Positions 31,773-40,085 of a DNA stretch of 64,000 nucleotides are shown here, one piece after another. A program made the position numbers and the translations under genes. Numbering within the stretch: position 1 is the stretch's first letter; each line of letters starts with the position of its first letter. Source of the stretch: an uncultured Gammaproteobacteria bacterium (GTDB lineage Bacteria > Patescibacteriota > Patescibacteriia > UBA10025 > JAHIVO01); the NCBI GenBank assembly GCA_964415025.1, contig CAYPXF010000003.1, positions 41,523 through 105,522 of the forward strand, written 5' to 3'. A model generated the notes under the pieces. That model had not been told where the DNA came from. It made no database searches and saw nothing but the letters and a program-made list of their open reading frames with translations.

Positions 31773-31920
31773 AAATCTATTTTCGTATACGCACGCACCA
31801 TTCGCACCGGCATAAACGATGATATGTTTCGGTAATAAGATTATCCGGCAATGTCTCTCCTAAATAAAAGGCTCTTGATTTTATATAATCACAAAATAAC
31901 AACAAAGGCGATAAAAAAAC

Positions 31921-31952
31921 AAAAAGATCCTCGTGTTGCAAAGGATCTTTTT
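31921..31952 (-). terminator. Intrinsic terminator (likely bidirectional) after hup
   Basis: AAAAAGATCCT...AGGATCTTTTT inverted repeat. Confidence 0.7.
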
Positions 31953-31963
31953 GTAAAAGTTGC

Positions 31964-32245
31964 TTAGAGCACTGCGTCCTTAGCAGCCTTGGCAACGCGG
32001 AATTTAACAACCGTCTTTGCCGGGATTTGGATCGTCTCACCAGTGGCTGGGTTGCGTCCCTGGCGTGCTGCCCGATGCTTTTTCACGAGCTTGCCAATGC
32101 CGGGGATGGTGAATTCACCGCTGTTCTTAACCTCTTCATAGGCTACCTCGGCCATGAGGTCCATGAAGTCCTGGACCTCTTTCTTGGACATACCTGATTT
32201 TTCTGCCAGGTGTGCCATGAGCTGGGACTTGGTCATTTTTGACAT
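31964..32245 (-). CDS. hup: DNA-binding protein HU
   Basis: MTKSQL, GIGK, RAARQGRNPATGETIQIPAK. Confidence 0.96.
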   Translation of the reverse strand: MSKMTKSQLMAHLAEKSGMSKKEVQDFMDLMAEVAYEEVKNSGEFTIPGIGKLVKKHRAARQGRNPATGETIQIPAKTVVKFRVAKAAKDAVL

Positions 32246-32482
32246 GTGTTGTATCCCTTAATAAATTAATGTTAAACATTCAACCTTTAATACAGTATAC
32301 CAAAAACAGCAAAAAACACCATGTTTATTGGGTATTCTGCACTGTGGACAACTAGCATGCTATTTTATAACTAATATTAGCTAAATAATAAGAGTTACAA
32401 ATTATTACCCTGAAAAATAGGGGAGTATTATCACCATAAAAAAATTATATAAACTTTTACTACTATACCGTAAGGAGGAATT

Positions 32483-32611
32483 GTGACTAAACATTGAGTT
32501 AGTGGACGGCCAAAATTATGCGATAATGAGCCTGGAACAAAAGCATGTAAAAAGCAACAACGAACAAAAAAGAACGGATTATGCAAGCATTGTCAGGCCG
32601 AGGAAAAATAA
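32483..32611 (+). pseudogene. Small Cys-rich ORF with an in-frame TGA at codon 5
   Basis: AAGGAGG SD, GTG start, MTKH*VSGRPKLCDNEPGTKACKKQQRTKKNGLCKHCQAEEK, then hairpin and T run (32622-32646). Confidence 0.4.
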
Positions 32612-32741
32612 TAAGTACCGACAGCCGCCATATGGCTGCCTTTTTTATTTATGAGAATGGTGTATGCGGCTGGTGTAGCCATTATTGACAAACAAACATA
32701 TAATACTATAGTGAGGTAATATTTGTTCGAGGAGGTATACT

Positions 32742-32927
32742 TTGTACTTTACCAGGGCGATACAGCAGATATTAGACATGTTTAACCAAGAACGTAAACC
32801 ATCATACAACGGTTCGTTCATAACGCCGGTCCGATTAAAACATAATGGCAGAAAACCGCCCCATACGCAGGTAACCCCATCATCCTCATCTCGGCGTCGC
32901 ATGATGTGCCATCGTCGTCAGCGATAA
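32742..32927 (+). CDS. Small hypothetical protein
   Basis: TTGACA-type promoter near 32685 and GGAGG SD before TTG; no recognisable domain. Confidence 0.3.
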   Translation: MYFTRAIQQILDMFNQERKPSYNGSFITPVRLKHNGRKPPHTQVTPSSSSRRRMMCHRRQR

Positions 32928-33170
32928 AACCGAACATTCTAATAATACTCCTGACGGAGGGTGATCCACATTCAACACCAGACCTTATTACTATAATAGG
33001 ACCTTGTTTTATTGTATTTGACCCCTGAAAAAGCCTATGGTACGATATAATAGTAACTGGGTATAATATCTCTTACACTCAGTTAAAACTGCTAAAAACC
33101 CCCTATGGCATTTAATACCAGTATTACTAAATCACCTTCCTTTTGTCATTCCAAACACATCGAGAAACCC

Positions 33171-33191
33171 TAATTACTAAATTAGTAATTA
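33171..33191. promoter_or_regulatory. Perfect palindrome upstream of recombinase, candidate binding site
   Basis: TAATTACTAA-A-TTAGTAATTA, with further TTACTAA half-sites near 33124 and 33205. Confidence 0.5.
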
Positions 33192-33259
33192 CTTTGTTAC
33201 TCACTTACTAACATCAAACTAGAATAATACCTTAATACACGTTAAAATAACCCTAGACT

Positions 33260-34216
33260 ATGCCAAAAACCAGTAAAACCATAGAACTACCCCATTTAGA
33301 CGATTTTCTGCTCAATCTGCAGACAAATAACTACTCTGACCGCACTATTTACAATTATGAGCGCGATTTACGGGTATTTGAACATTACCTGGTAAGTGAG
33401 TCGCACAAGGCCTTTAAATCGCTCCAGAGGCGCGATATTGAGCTGTATAAGGCCTTCCTAACCTCACGCGATAGAATTACCGCCACCGACCAAAAGAGCT
33501 TAAAAAGGCTGAATTCATACTCCATCAATAGGATGCTGTCCAGCCTGCGCTCGTACGTCAAATACCTCCAGGACAATGACTATAACTGCCCTATTTCCCC
33601 ACAAATAATTAAACTAACTAAGACCACAAAAAAGCACCCCCAAGTGGCTGAACTCCGTGACATTATACGACTCATAGAGGCTCCTACTGAATATGAAAAG
33701 AATAAGCAGGTTGCCCTGCGTAATAGAGCTATGCTAGAAGTACTATTTGCCACAGGTATGCGTATTTCCGAGATGATCAACCTAAATAAAAACCAGATCG
33801 ATGACACCGGTAAAATATTCATCGAGGGTAAAGGCCGCAAACAGCGCTTCGTGTATCTGACCGAGCGCGCTAAAACACATCTAGAAAAATACCTCCACTC
33901 ACGAGGCGATAATCATGCTTCCCTGTTTATCCCCTACCGCGGTGCTAATGCTTCATCTGGCGAGGCCCGTATCTCTGATAACTATTTACAAATGAAAATA
34001 AAAGAATACCGCGAGCGGTTAAAAATAAATGTACCGACCTCGGCCCATAGTCTCCGCCACGGCTTCGCGACATATCTCGCTGAATCCGGCGCCAACCCGG
34101 CCGCCATCCAAATCCTTCTGGGCCACGAATCACTCGACACCACCACCCGCTACGTTAATGCGTCGGATAGATACGCAGAAAAGACGCATCATAAATATCA
34201 TCCCTTAGAAAAATAA
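33260..34216 (+). CDS. Tyrosine recombinase, XerC/XerD family
   Basis: SAM-like N-terminus; catalytic residues in GMRISE, GKGRKQR, HSLRH, LGH, TTTRY. Confidence 0.93.
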   Translation: MPKTSKTIELPHLDDFLLNLQTNNYSDRTIYNYERDLRVFEHYLVSESHKAFKSLQRRDIELYKAFLTSRDRITATDQKSLKRLNSYSINRMLSSLRSYVKYLQDNDYNCPISPQIIKLTKTTKKHPQVAELRDIIRLIEAPTEYEKNKQVALRNRAMLEVLFATGMRISEMINLNKNQIDDTGKIFIEGKGRKQRFVYLTERAKTHLEKYLHSRGDNHASLFIPYRGANASSGEARISDNYLQMKIKEYRERLKINVPTSAHSLRHGFATYLAESGANPAAIQILLGHESLDTTTRYVNASDRYAEKTHHKYHPLEK

Positions 34217-34218
34217 TT

Positions 34219-34719
34219 ATGAATCAAGAAAATAACTACGCATTTATAGACAGTCAAAACTTAAATTTAAGCATCCAGGAGTGCAGCTGGAAGTTAGATT
34301 TTAATAAGTTTAGAATCTATCTTAAGCACAAATATAAAATTACGAAAGCTTACCTTTTTATAGGCTACCTTTCCGAAAATCAGGATTTATATACCTCCTT
34401 ACAAAGTTATGGTTATATCCTAATATTCAAACCAACCCTTAAATATAAGGACGGGAAAATCAAAGGTAACTGCGACGCTGAATTAGTTATGCAGGCAATG
34501 ATAGAATACGATAAATATGACAAAGCAGTTATCATCACTGGTGATGGTGATTTTTACTGTCTGGTAAAATACCTTTATCAGCAGGATAAGCTCAGATACG
34601 TACTTGTCCCTAATCAGCACAAATATTCTGCTTTATTGAAAAAATCAGCTAAAGAAAAACTCCTTTTTATGAATAATCTAAGGGGTAAACTTGAGTATAA
34701 AATGAAAAAGCACCGCTAG
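34219..34719 (+). CDS. NYN domain (LabA/DUF88, PIN-like) ribonuclease
   Basis: AFIDSQNL, KGNCDAEL, ITGDGDF motifs; AT-rich. Confidence 0.9.
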   Translation: MNQENNYAFIDSQNLNLSIQECSWKLDFNKFRIYLKHKYKITKAYLFIGYLSENQDLYTSLQSYGYILIFKPTLKYKDGKIKGNCDAELVMQAMIEYDKYDKAVIITGDGDFYCLVKYLYQQDKLRYVLVPNQHKYSALLKKSAKEKLLFMNNLRGKLEYKMKKHR

Positions 34720-34760
34720 ACGACGAGACGTCATAGAAGTGCTGATTCGTGGTAATTCTG
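34705..34760 (-). ncRNA. Candidate ~55 nt antisense small RNA overlapping the NYN stop codon
   Basis: Begins after a consensus promoter; bulged hairpin AGCAC/GTGCT, CTA/TAG, GACG/CGTC followed by a U run on the minus strand. Confidence 0.5.
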
Positions 34761-34765
34761 CAGGC

Positions 34766-34794
34766 ATTATATACCCTATTAATACTTATGTCAA
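34766..34794 (-). promoter_or_regulatory. Perfect sigma70 promoter, antisense to NYN gene
   Basis: Minus strand TTGACA(34794-34789)-17 bp-TATAAT(34771-34766). Confidence 0.8.
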
Positions 34795-34817
34795 GGCATA
34801 CTATCCACAGGCAAAAT

Positions 34818-34907
34818 CTGGACACCACCACCCGTTACATCAACGCTTCCGACCGCTACGCCGAGAAAACTCATCGAAAATTCCATCCGTTAAGAGATAA
34901 TAAATAA
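34818..34907 (+). repeat. Displaced, diverged second copy of the recombinase 3' end
   Basis: Translates LDTTTRYINASDRYAEKTHRKFHPLRDNK* versus LDTTTRYVNASDRYAEKTHHKYHPLEK* (34133-34216); shared 14 bp GACACCACCACCCG. Confidence 0.92.
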
Positions 34908-34916
34908 TCATTTTCG

Positions 34917-34946
34917 CCCCGAGCGACTCGAGGAAGAGTCGAGGGG
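34917..34946. repeat. REP-like GC-rich palindromic element
   Basis: CCCC...CGACTC-loop-GAGTCG-A-GGGG. Confidence 0.55.
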
Positions 34947-34980
34947 TATAAATACCATTCTTTGAAAAATGATATTACTA

Positions 34981-35568
34981 ATGACTATGGAAGAGTTAAG
35001 ACAATACGCGGAAAGGATTCGAAAAATATTTGATCGTATACACGATCTTCAAAATAAAGGTTATTTTATCGAACTTGTTCTTTGGTACTCACAATTGATC
35101 GAAAATGAATTACTTGGTGTAATTGCCTCCTATGATAGATTAATTGGACAAACGGGGCTTATTAATAAAAACAGTCTTCAAGAATACATGTACAAAACAA
35201 AGGATGTTTTACGCAATGATGAAAGGTACACTCTAGGTCAATTAATTAAAGAATTTGAAAAGCGACTAAATAAAAATAATAAATACAGCGAATTAATTAT
35301 AAATATTAGAGGCTTCCAAAAAACTCGTAATACTGTAATACATAAACTTTTTGACCAAAATGTAGATTTATCTTCAATAGAAAACAAGATTATTAAGCAT
35401 CTGCCTGAAAAAGATATTGGTAATCATTGGTTAGTGATTGCATATGAACTTTCCCAAATTCAGGAAAAAATTAGCAAAGAAGAATATGAAGAACGTAAAA
35501 CATACTTAAATGGACTTGCAAAAATGCATCTACTCCGTAATCTTTCTAAACCCCCAACAAAAAATTAA
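34981..35568 (+). CDS. Hypothetical protein with HEPN-like RxxxxH motif
   Basis: TLGQLI...F...RNTVIH; markedly AT-rich; start codon uncertain (34969/34981/34987). Confidence 0.6.
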   Translation: MTMEELRQYAERIRKIFDRIHDLQNKGYFIELVLWYSQLIENELLGVIASYDRLIGQTGLINKNSLQEYMYKTKDVLRNDERYTLGQLIKEFEKRLNKNNKYSELIINIRGFQKTRNTVIHKLFDQNVDLSSIENKIIKHLPEKDIGNHWLVIAYELSQIQEKISKEEYEERKTYLNGLAKMHLLRNLSKPPTKN

Positions 35569-35591
35569 TTTAATATTTTAAAAGATATTTT

Positions 35592-35888
35592 ATGAAAAAT
35601 AATAAAAATTATAAATTGTTAAAATATATTGATTCCGTAAATAAAACTATAAGGATAGGAATTACCCCAACCGTTATTACCGTATTTATCTTACAAATTA
35701 TTAGTTTGTTTCTGGTACAAAAAGTATATAATAATTGGTATTTGACAATTGCGCTTTTTATAGCTTACATGATTATTTTTGAATTTTCTAGAAGAAAAGA
35801 AAATAAGTCGATGAAAGATATGAGTGATATCAGACAGGAGTTGGAAGAGTATGCCCACCCAACCTTCCCCGACCAAAAGCAAAACTAA
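35592..35888 (+). CDS. Small two-TM hypothetical protein
   Basis: Two hydrophobic segments, charged C-terminus; AT-rich. Confidence 0.65.
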   Translation: MKNNKNYKLLKYIDSVNKTIRIGITPTVITVFILQIISLFLVQKVYNNWYLTIALFIAYMIIFEFSRRKENKSMKDMSDIRQELEEYAHPTFPDQKQN

Positions 35889-36009
35889 TTAAAAATTGTT
35901 AATTAAATAATTGATTAGAAATTAGATATTTTTTTCTTCTTCCTCTCTCCCCCACTGCCGTGGCGCAGAAATAAAAGAAAACAAATTTGAATAATATACC
36001 ACCCACCGT

Positions 36010-36070
36010 TGTCATGCTGAGCTTGTTTCAGCATCTCAGAGTCCAGACCCTAACACGAGTTCAGGGTGAC
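36010..36070. repeat. REP/RPE-like double-hairpin palindromic element
   Basis: TGTCA..TGAC ends enclosing ATGCTGA/TCAGCAT and ACCCT/AGGGT stems. Confidence 0.7.
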
Positions 36071-36140
36071 GAGATATTTAAAACCATAATTTGCTTGCTC
36101 TCATTCGCGGAAATAAATTGTAAACTATTATATTAAAACG

Positions 36141-37622
36141 ATGAAACAATTTCTTATTTGTCTCGCAATTCTCACTGGATTGGCACTTGTCTCGCCTGCC
36201 CTGGCCGATGTCGGTGAAGCGCCAGCACCAGGTGGATTAATTACAGTCGGTGACAAGACCGATGAAATCCAAATGAAGTCGGAAACTGTTACTTTCGATA
36301 TACGCGAAAGTGGCGATAAGTTCAAATATAATGATTACTACGCACATGTTACTGCGGAGTTCACTATGGTTAATCTTACTGATACCGATGTCACTAAACA
36401 GCTTATTTTCCCGTTTCATCATGCAAATCTTAACTACAGACAGGAGACGGAACAAGGAGTACTTGATTATGTACAGATAAACGGCGTGCCGGCGGATGTT
36501 ACTTATAGTGAGTATCAAATAGAAAACTCCTGGTCTGACCAGACGATTGCCTACGACACTATCGCTTCTGGTGATTTTGAGGCGACATTCCCGGCGGATT
36601 CCGAAACATCAATTGTCATCAAATATAATTTACGCGGAGTCAATGAGCCAAAAAGTCAAAACATCTCTTTTCAGTATCTCATGCATACCGGATCACACTG
36701 GGCTGGAGTGATTGAGGATGGCACCGTTATATTCAATTTTTGGAAGCCGGTTGATGACAATACCTATTTTGCCGAAAAAAACGATTTCTTCACCGCAGAA
36801 GATGGTAAGCTTATTTGGAATTTCCAAAACCTGGAGCCGGAGGTGTCCGATGATATACAGCTATCCTTTGATCCAACCTTGCTGACCGCTTGGGCTGACC
36901 GACCGACTTTTTTGGGCAGTATGAGCAGCAGCCCAGTAAGTGAACAACAAATCTGGATTAGTGCTGGTATCCGAGATGATGAAGAAATGCCCGGTGGCTA
37001 TTATCCCTCCGGACCATACAATACCCTATCTGATGACACTGATGAATACCGCGGCTGGTTCTTCGAGCCGGTAGCAGGCACCACCAGCTCACTCACTTAC
37101 AGCTTCAACGGCAACATAACACTGCACTCGCTGGATATCAAGACGGGCATACTGGCCGGCTGGCCTGGGGAGCATTACAACACGTTCCAGCGCCCGAAAA
37201 ATGTCCGTTTGACTTTCTCTGACGGCACGACGCAAGATGTTACACTCGATGACACGCCGAATCAGTATCAAACAGTTACTATTACCGATAAAACCACTGA
37301 CAGCCTTAAAATAGAAATATTGGATACCTATCCTGGCGTAGGCGGTGGTGACCAATATCTAGGCATCGGCCGCATACAATTTAGTGCAGACGCGAGCGAG
37401 CTAAATACTAACCTTGCAGAACAGCGCGAAGAGGAAACGCAAGCAATTGAGAAAACCGCCGTCAATGAAAATCAAAACACAAACCAGGCAGTAACAGCCA
37501 CCACAGACACGCATGATAAGACGAAACATTGCGGCTCCAGAAAAGAGGAAACTAAGTTACTCTGTATCCTCATTGGCACACTCTTAGTTTCATCGATACT
37601 TTTGGTGATTATTATTAGATAA
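36141..37622 (+). CDS. Secreted/anchored protein: DUF4424-like domain, discoidin-like domain, C-terminal TM
   Basis: Signal peptide; IQMKSETV, YLMHTGSHWAG; RPKNVRLTFSDG, IEILDTYPG; C-terminal hydrophobic anchor. Confidence 0.7.
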   Translation: MKQFLICLAILTGLALVSPALADVGEAPAPGGLITVGDKTDEIQMKSETVTFDIRESGDKFKYNDYYAHVTAEFTMVNLTDTDVTKQLIFPFHHANLNYRQETEQGVLDYVQINGVPADVTYSEYQIENSWSDQTIAYDTIASGDFEATFPADSETSIVIKYNLRGVNEPKSQNISFQYLMHTGSHWAGVIEDGTVIFNFWKPVDDNTYFAEKNDFFTAEDGKLIWNFQNLEPEVSDDIQLSFDPTLLTAWADRPTFLGSMSSSPVSEQQIWISAGIRDDEEMPGGYYPSGPYNTLSDDTDEYRGWFFEPVAGTTSSLTYSFNGNITLHSLDIKTGILAGWPGEHYNTFQRPKNVRLTFSDGTTQDVTLDDTPNQYQTVTITDKTTDSLKIEILDTYPGVGGGDQYLGIGRIQFSADASELNTNLAEQREEETQAIEKTAVNENQNTNQAVTATTDTHDKTKHCGSRKEETKLLCILIGTLLVSSILLVIIIR

Positions 37623-37797
37623 TAAACTCATCGGAAATTGCTAATTGGTTATTGGTAATTAACTATCCCCCCCCCCACTGCCGCATTATAATTACCAATT
37701 TTACAAATCACAATTTCCAAACAATAATTAAATTGCAATGTTCAAATGTTCTAAGTGATTCGAGGGATAAAAATAAATTGTAAATAATTTTTATAAC

Positions 37798-38442
37798 ATG
37801 ACCGAAGATAAAAACTGGGACAAACTCCACGATTACTACGCCAACACGGACTGGATAAACCAAACCGCGGAGTTTGCGCAGTGGGTAATGGATTATTTTC
37901 CTAAGGCCGGATCGCTGCTCGATCTGGGCGGCGGACAGGGGCAGGACACACGCTATTTCGCGGCCAAAGGGTATCAGGTTACGCTGGTGGATATCTCAAC
38001 GCGCGGACTGGAATTAGCCCGTGAAAAAACACCGACAGAACTACGGGACAGAATTACTTTTGTCCAGCATGACATCAGCCAGCCACTCCCGTTCCCTGAT
38101 GAATCGTTTGATATTGTTTACTCGCACTTGGTTATTCATTATTTTGATGAAGCAACCACGCAACAGATTTTTGATGAAATATATCGCGTCCTGAAGCCGG
38201 ACGGTATCATGGCTCTCTTTACCAATTCGGTCAATGACCCGGAATATAAAACCGGCCATAAACTAGATACGGATTTCTACGAGGTTGAGGGCGTCCAGAA
38301 ACGCTTCTTCTCCCAGGAATCAATCCAGGAGTTTGCCAAGAAATTCAAAATACTGGAGGTCGACGAACACGGCTCCACGCCAAAAGAGCGAGCTATTAGC
38401 ACCAGTAATTTAGTTCGTTATGTGGGTAAAAAGTATGTGTAA
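37798..38442 (+). CDS. Class I SAM-dependent methyltransferase
   Basis: LLDLGGGQG, LPFPDESFDIV, RVLKPDG. Confidence 0.9.
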   Translation: MTEDKNWDKLHDYYANTDWINQTAEFAQWVMDYFPKAGSLLDLGGGQGQDTRYFAAKGYQVTLVDISTRGLELAREKTPTELRDRITFVQHDISQPLPFPDESFDIVYSHLVIHYFDEATTQQIFDEIYRVLKPDGIMALFTNSVNDPEYKTGHKLDTDFYEVEGVQKRFFSQESIQEFAKKFKILEVDEHGSTPKERAISTSNLVRYVGKKYV

Positions 38443-38535
38443 TATATTAATTATTATTTAAACATTTCCAAAAATGTTTAATAATCACGTGGTTTAAAAA
38501 AATATAATATACTGTCAATTTTTTTATTAAACTGT

Positions 38536-38832
38536 ATGCAGAATAGCGTACCCAACAAATACAATTCTACTAAGACCAAACTGATCGTGGCAGCGCCGGC
38601 CGCGGTATCGGCAGTAATTATGTTTATCGGGTTATTTACCGGGGGCGTGTTTGCTTCTCCGTGGTCAGCCTGGATCGGGTATGCCTTACTTTTTATTAAT
38701 CCATTTTGGGGATTTTTGTCACTGATCTTTATCCTGCTGAGCAGTGGGAAAAATAAACTGATGTATCTTGGTTTTACTGTGTTGTATATTATTTTATTCT
38801 TTGCTTTGATTCCGTCGATTATCATAGACTAA
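38536..38832 (+). CDS. Small multi-TM hypothetical protein
   Basis: Three hydrophobic stretches; abuts next gene. Confidence 0.65.
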   Translation: MQNSVPNKYNSTKTKLIVAAPAAVSAVIMFIGLFTGGVFASPWSAWIGYALLFINPFWGFLSLIFILLSSGKNKLMYLGFTVLYIILFFALIPSIIID

Positions 38833-38836
38833 ATTT

Positions 38837-39541
38837 ATGTACACTAAATACTATTTAAAAGTAAACGGAAATAAAGTTGCGTATTTCGAATACCCGACCG
38901 GCCAAAAACTGCAGGGTGTTACCCTGTTCTGCCACGGATTTCCCGGAGCATACCGCCTGCAGGCTATGGCCCAGCCGCTGAACAAACACGGGTATACGCT
39001 TGAGGAAATTAATTACCGCGGCGACGCAGAAAGTGAAGGCACGTTCAGTTTTCTGGGCAGTGTTGAGGATATTGTGGCCATGGTCAAGTATCTACGGGAA
39101 AAATTCCCGGATAGACCTATTACTGGCCTGGGCTATTCAGCCGGGGGATTTTATATGCTCAATGCCGTCAGGGAACTGCCTGATCTGTTCGATAAAATCA
39201 TCCTGCTCAATCCCCTGCTAGACTTTAGCTTTACTCAGACGCCGATTATGCGGGAACTGTGGCAGGAAGCCGCCAGTGTCATTGAGTTGAATACTGATTT
39301 ATTTTACGTCGCTGAAATAGCAAAAGTACTGGAACACCATAATCCTATTGATTTTGCCGCAGAATTAAAACCAAAAATCCACATCGTCCAGGGCGAGCAA
39401 GACCAGCTACTGCCGCTCGATATAGTAAAAAAATTCCACGCATTGCTCCGCCACCCCGGCCGGCTCATTTGGGTACCGGGTATGGGCCATGCCTTCCGCG
39501 GGAACGAACCAGAATTAATTAATGCATTGATTCATAATTAA
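38837..39541 (+). CDS. Alpha/beta hydrolase
   Basis: HGFPG, GYSAGG nucleophile elbow, QGEQD, GMGH. Confidence 0.88.
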   Translation: MYTKYYLKVNGNKVAYFEYPTGQKLQGVTLFCHGFPGAYRLQAMAQPLNKHGYTLEEINYRGDAESEGTFSFLGSVEDIVAMVKYLREKFPDRPITGLGYSAGGFYMLNAVRELPDLFDKIILLNPLLDFSFTQTPIMRELWQEAASVIELNTDLFYVAEIAKVLEHHNPIDFAAELKPKIHIVQGEQDQLLPLDIVKKFHALLRHPGRLIWVPGMGHAFRGNEPELINALIHN

Positions 39542-39549
39542 TATTGTAT

Positions 39550-40005
39550 ATGCCTGAAACAGAACCATTATTTAATCCTGCGCCAGAGCAGGAACAGCCT
39601 CTTCCGAAAACTTCTGAACAATCACGAGTGCCTGAAGCTAAACCTAATCCACCGAGTGCCGAGATCAGTGAAGAAGAACAAAATGAAATCGCTGAAGTAC
39701 GCGAACAAATCCAGGATGCCTTTGGCCAACTCTATGATATACTTCCTCGACAAGGACTAAACAACGCAACTATAGAAAAAACCATCAACACCAACGAACA
39801 ATTACGGCAGCTTGGTCCGGCCGTTATCGAATCAGTGGTCCAAACAATCCAGCACGAGTCGCTACAGACAAAACCAAAAGAAGAGTTTATCGATACGCTG
39901 CTTGCGCTCGAGCGCGTCCAGCTCTGGCTCTTCGCCCAGGGACTGAACCAGGCTGGCGATAAACGTTTATTTCGAGTACGGCAAGAAATCAATGACATGG
40001 AATAA
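39550..40005 (+). CDS. Hypothetical protein
   Basis: P/E-rich N-terminus typical of CPR orphans; co-oriented ORF. Confidence 0.65.
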   Translation: MPETEPLFNPAPEQEQPLPKTSEQSRVPEAKPNPPSAEISEEEQNEIAEVREQIQDAFGQLYDILPRQGLNNATIEKTINTNEQLRQLGPAVIESVVQTIQHESLQTKPKEEFIDTLLALERVQLWLFAQGLNQAGDKRLFRVRQEINDME

Positions 40006-40036
40006 TATATGATATTACTTTGGCCGTTTATACTGC

Positions 40037-40085
40037 GCTGACGGAATAAATATTGTATCAGCGGCTGAACCAAAAAAACTATTTA
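40037..40085. repeat. 49 bp inverted copy of an internal nnrD segment (48229-48277)
   Basis: 47/49 identical to the reverse complement of 48229-48277 by manual alignment. Confidence 0.9.

Noticed and set aside
33260-34216. Recombinase as a classical integron integrase (IntI)
   Set aside because: No visible IntI-specific insertion, the gene is co-oriented with the downstream array, and no RYYYAAC...GTTRRRY attC sites were recognised.
34769-34796. TTATGTCAAGG as the XerD arm of a dif/pdif site
   Set aside because: No XerC-like arm 6 bp upstream; better explained as the -35 box of a perfect minus-strand promoter.
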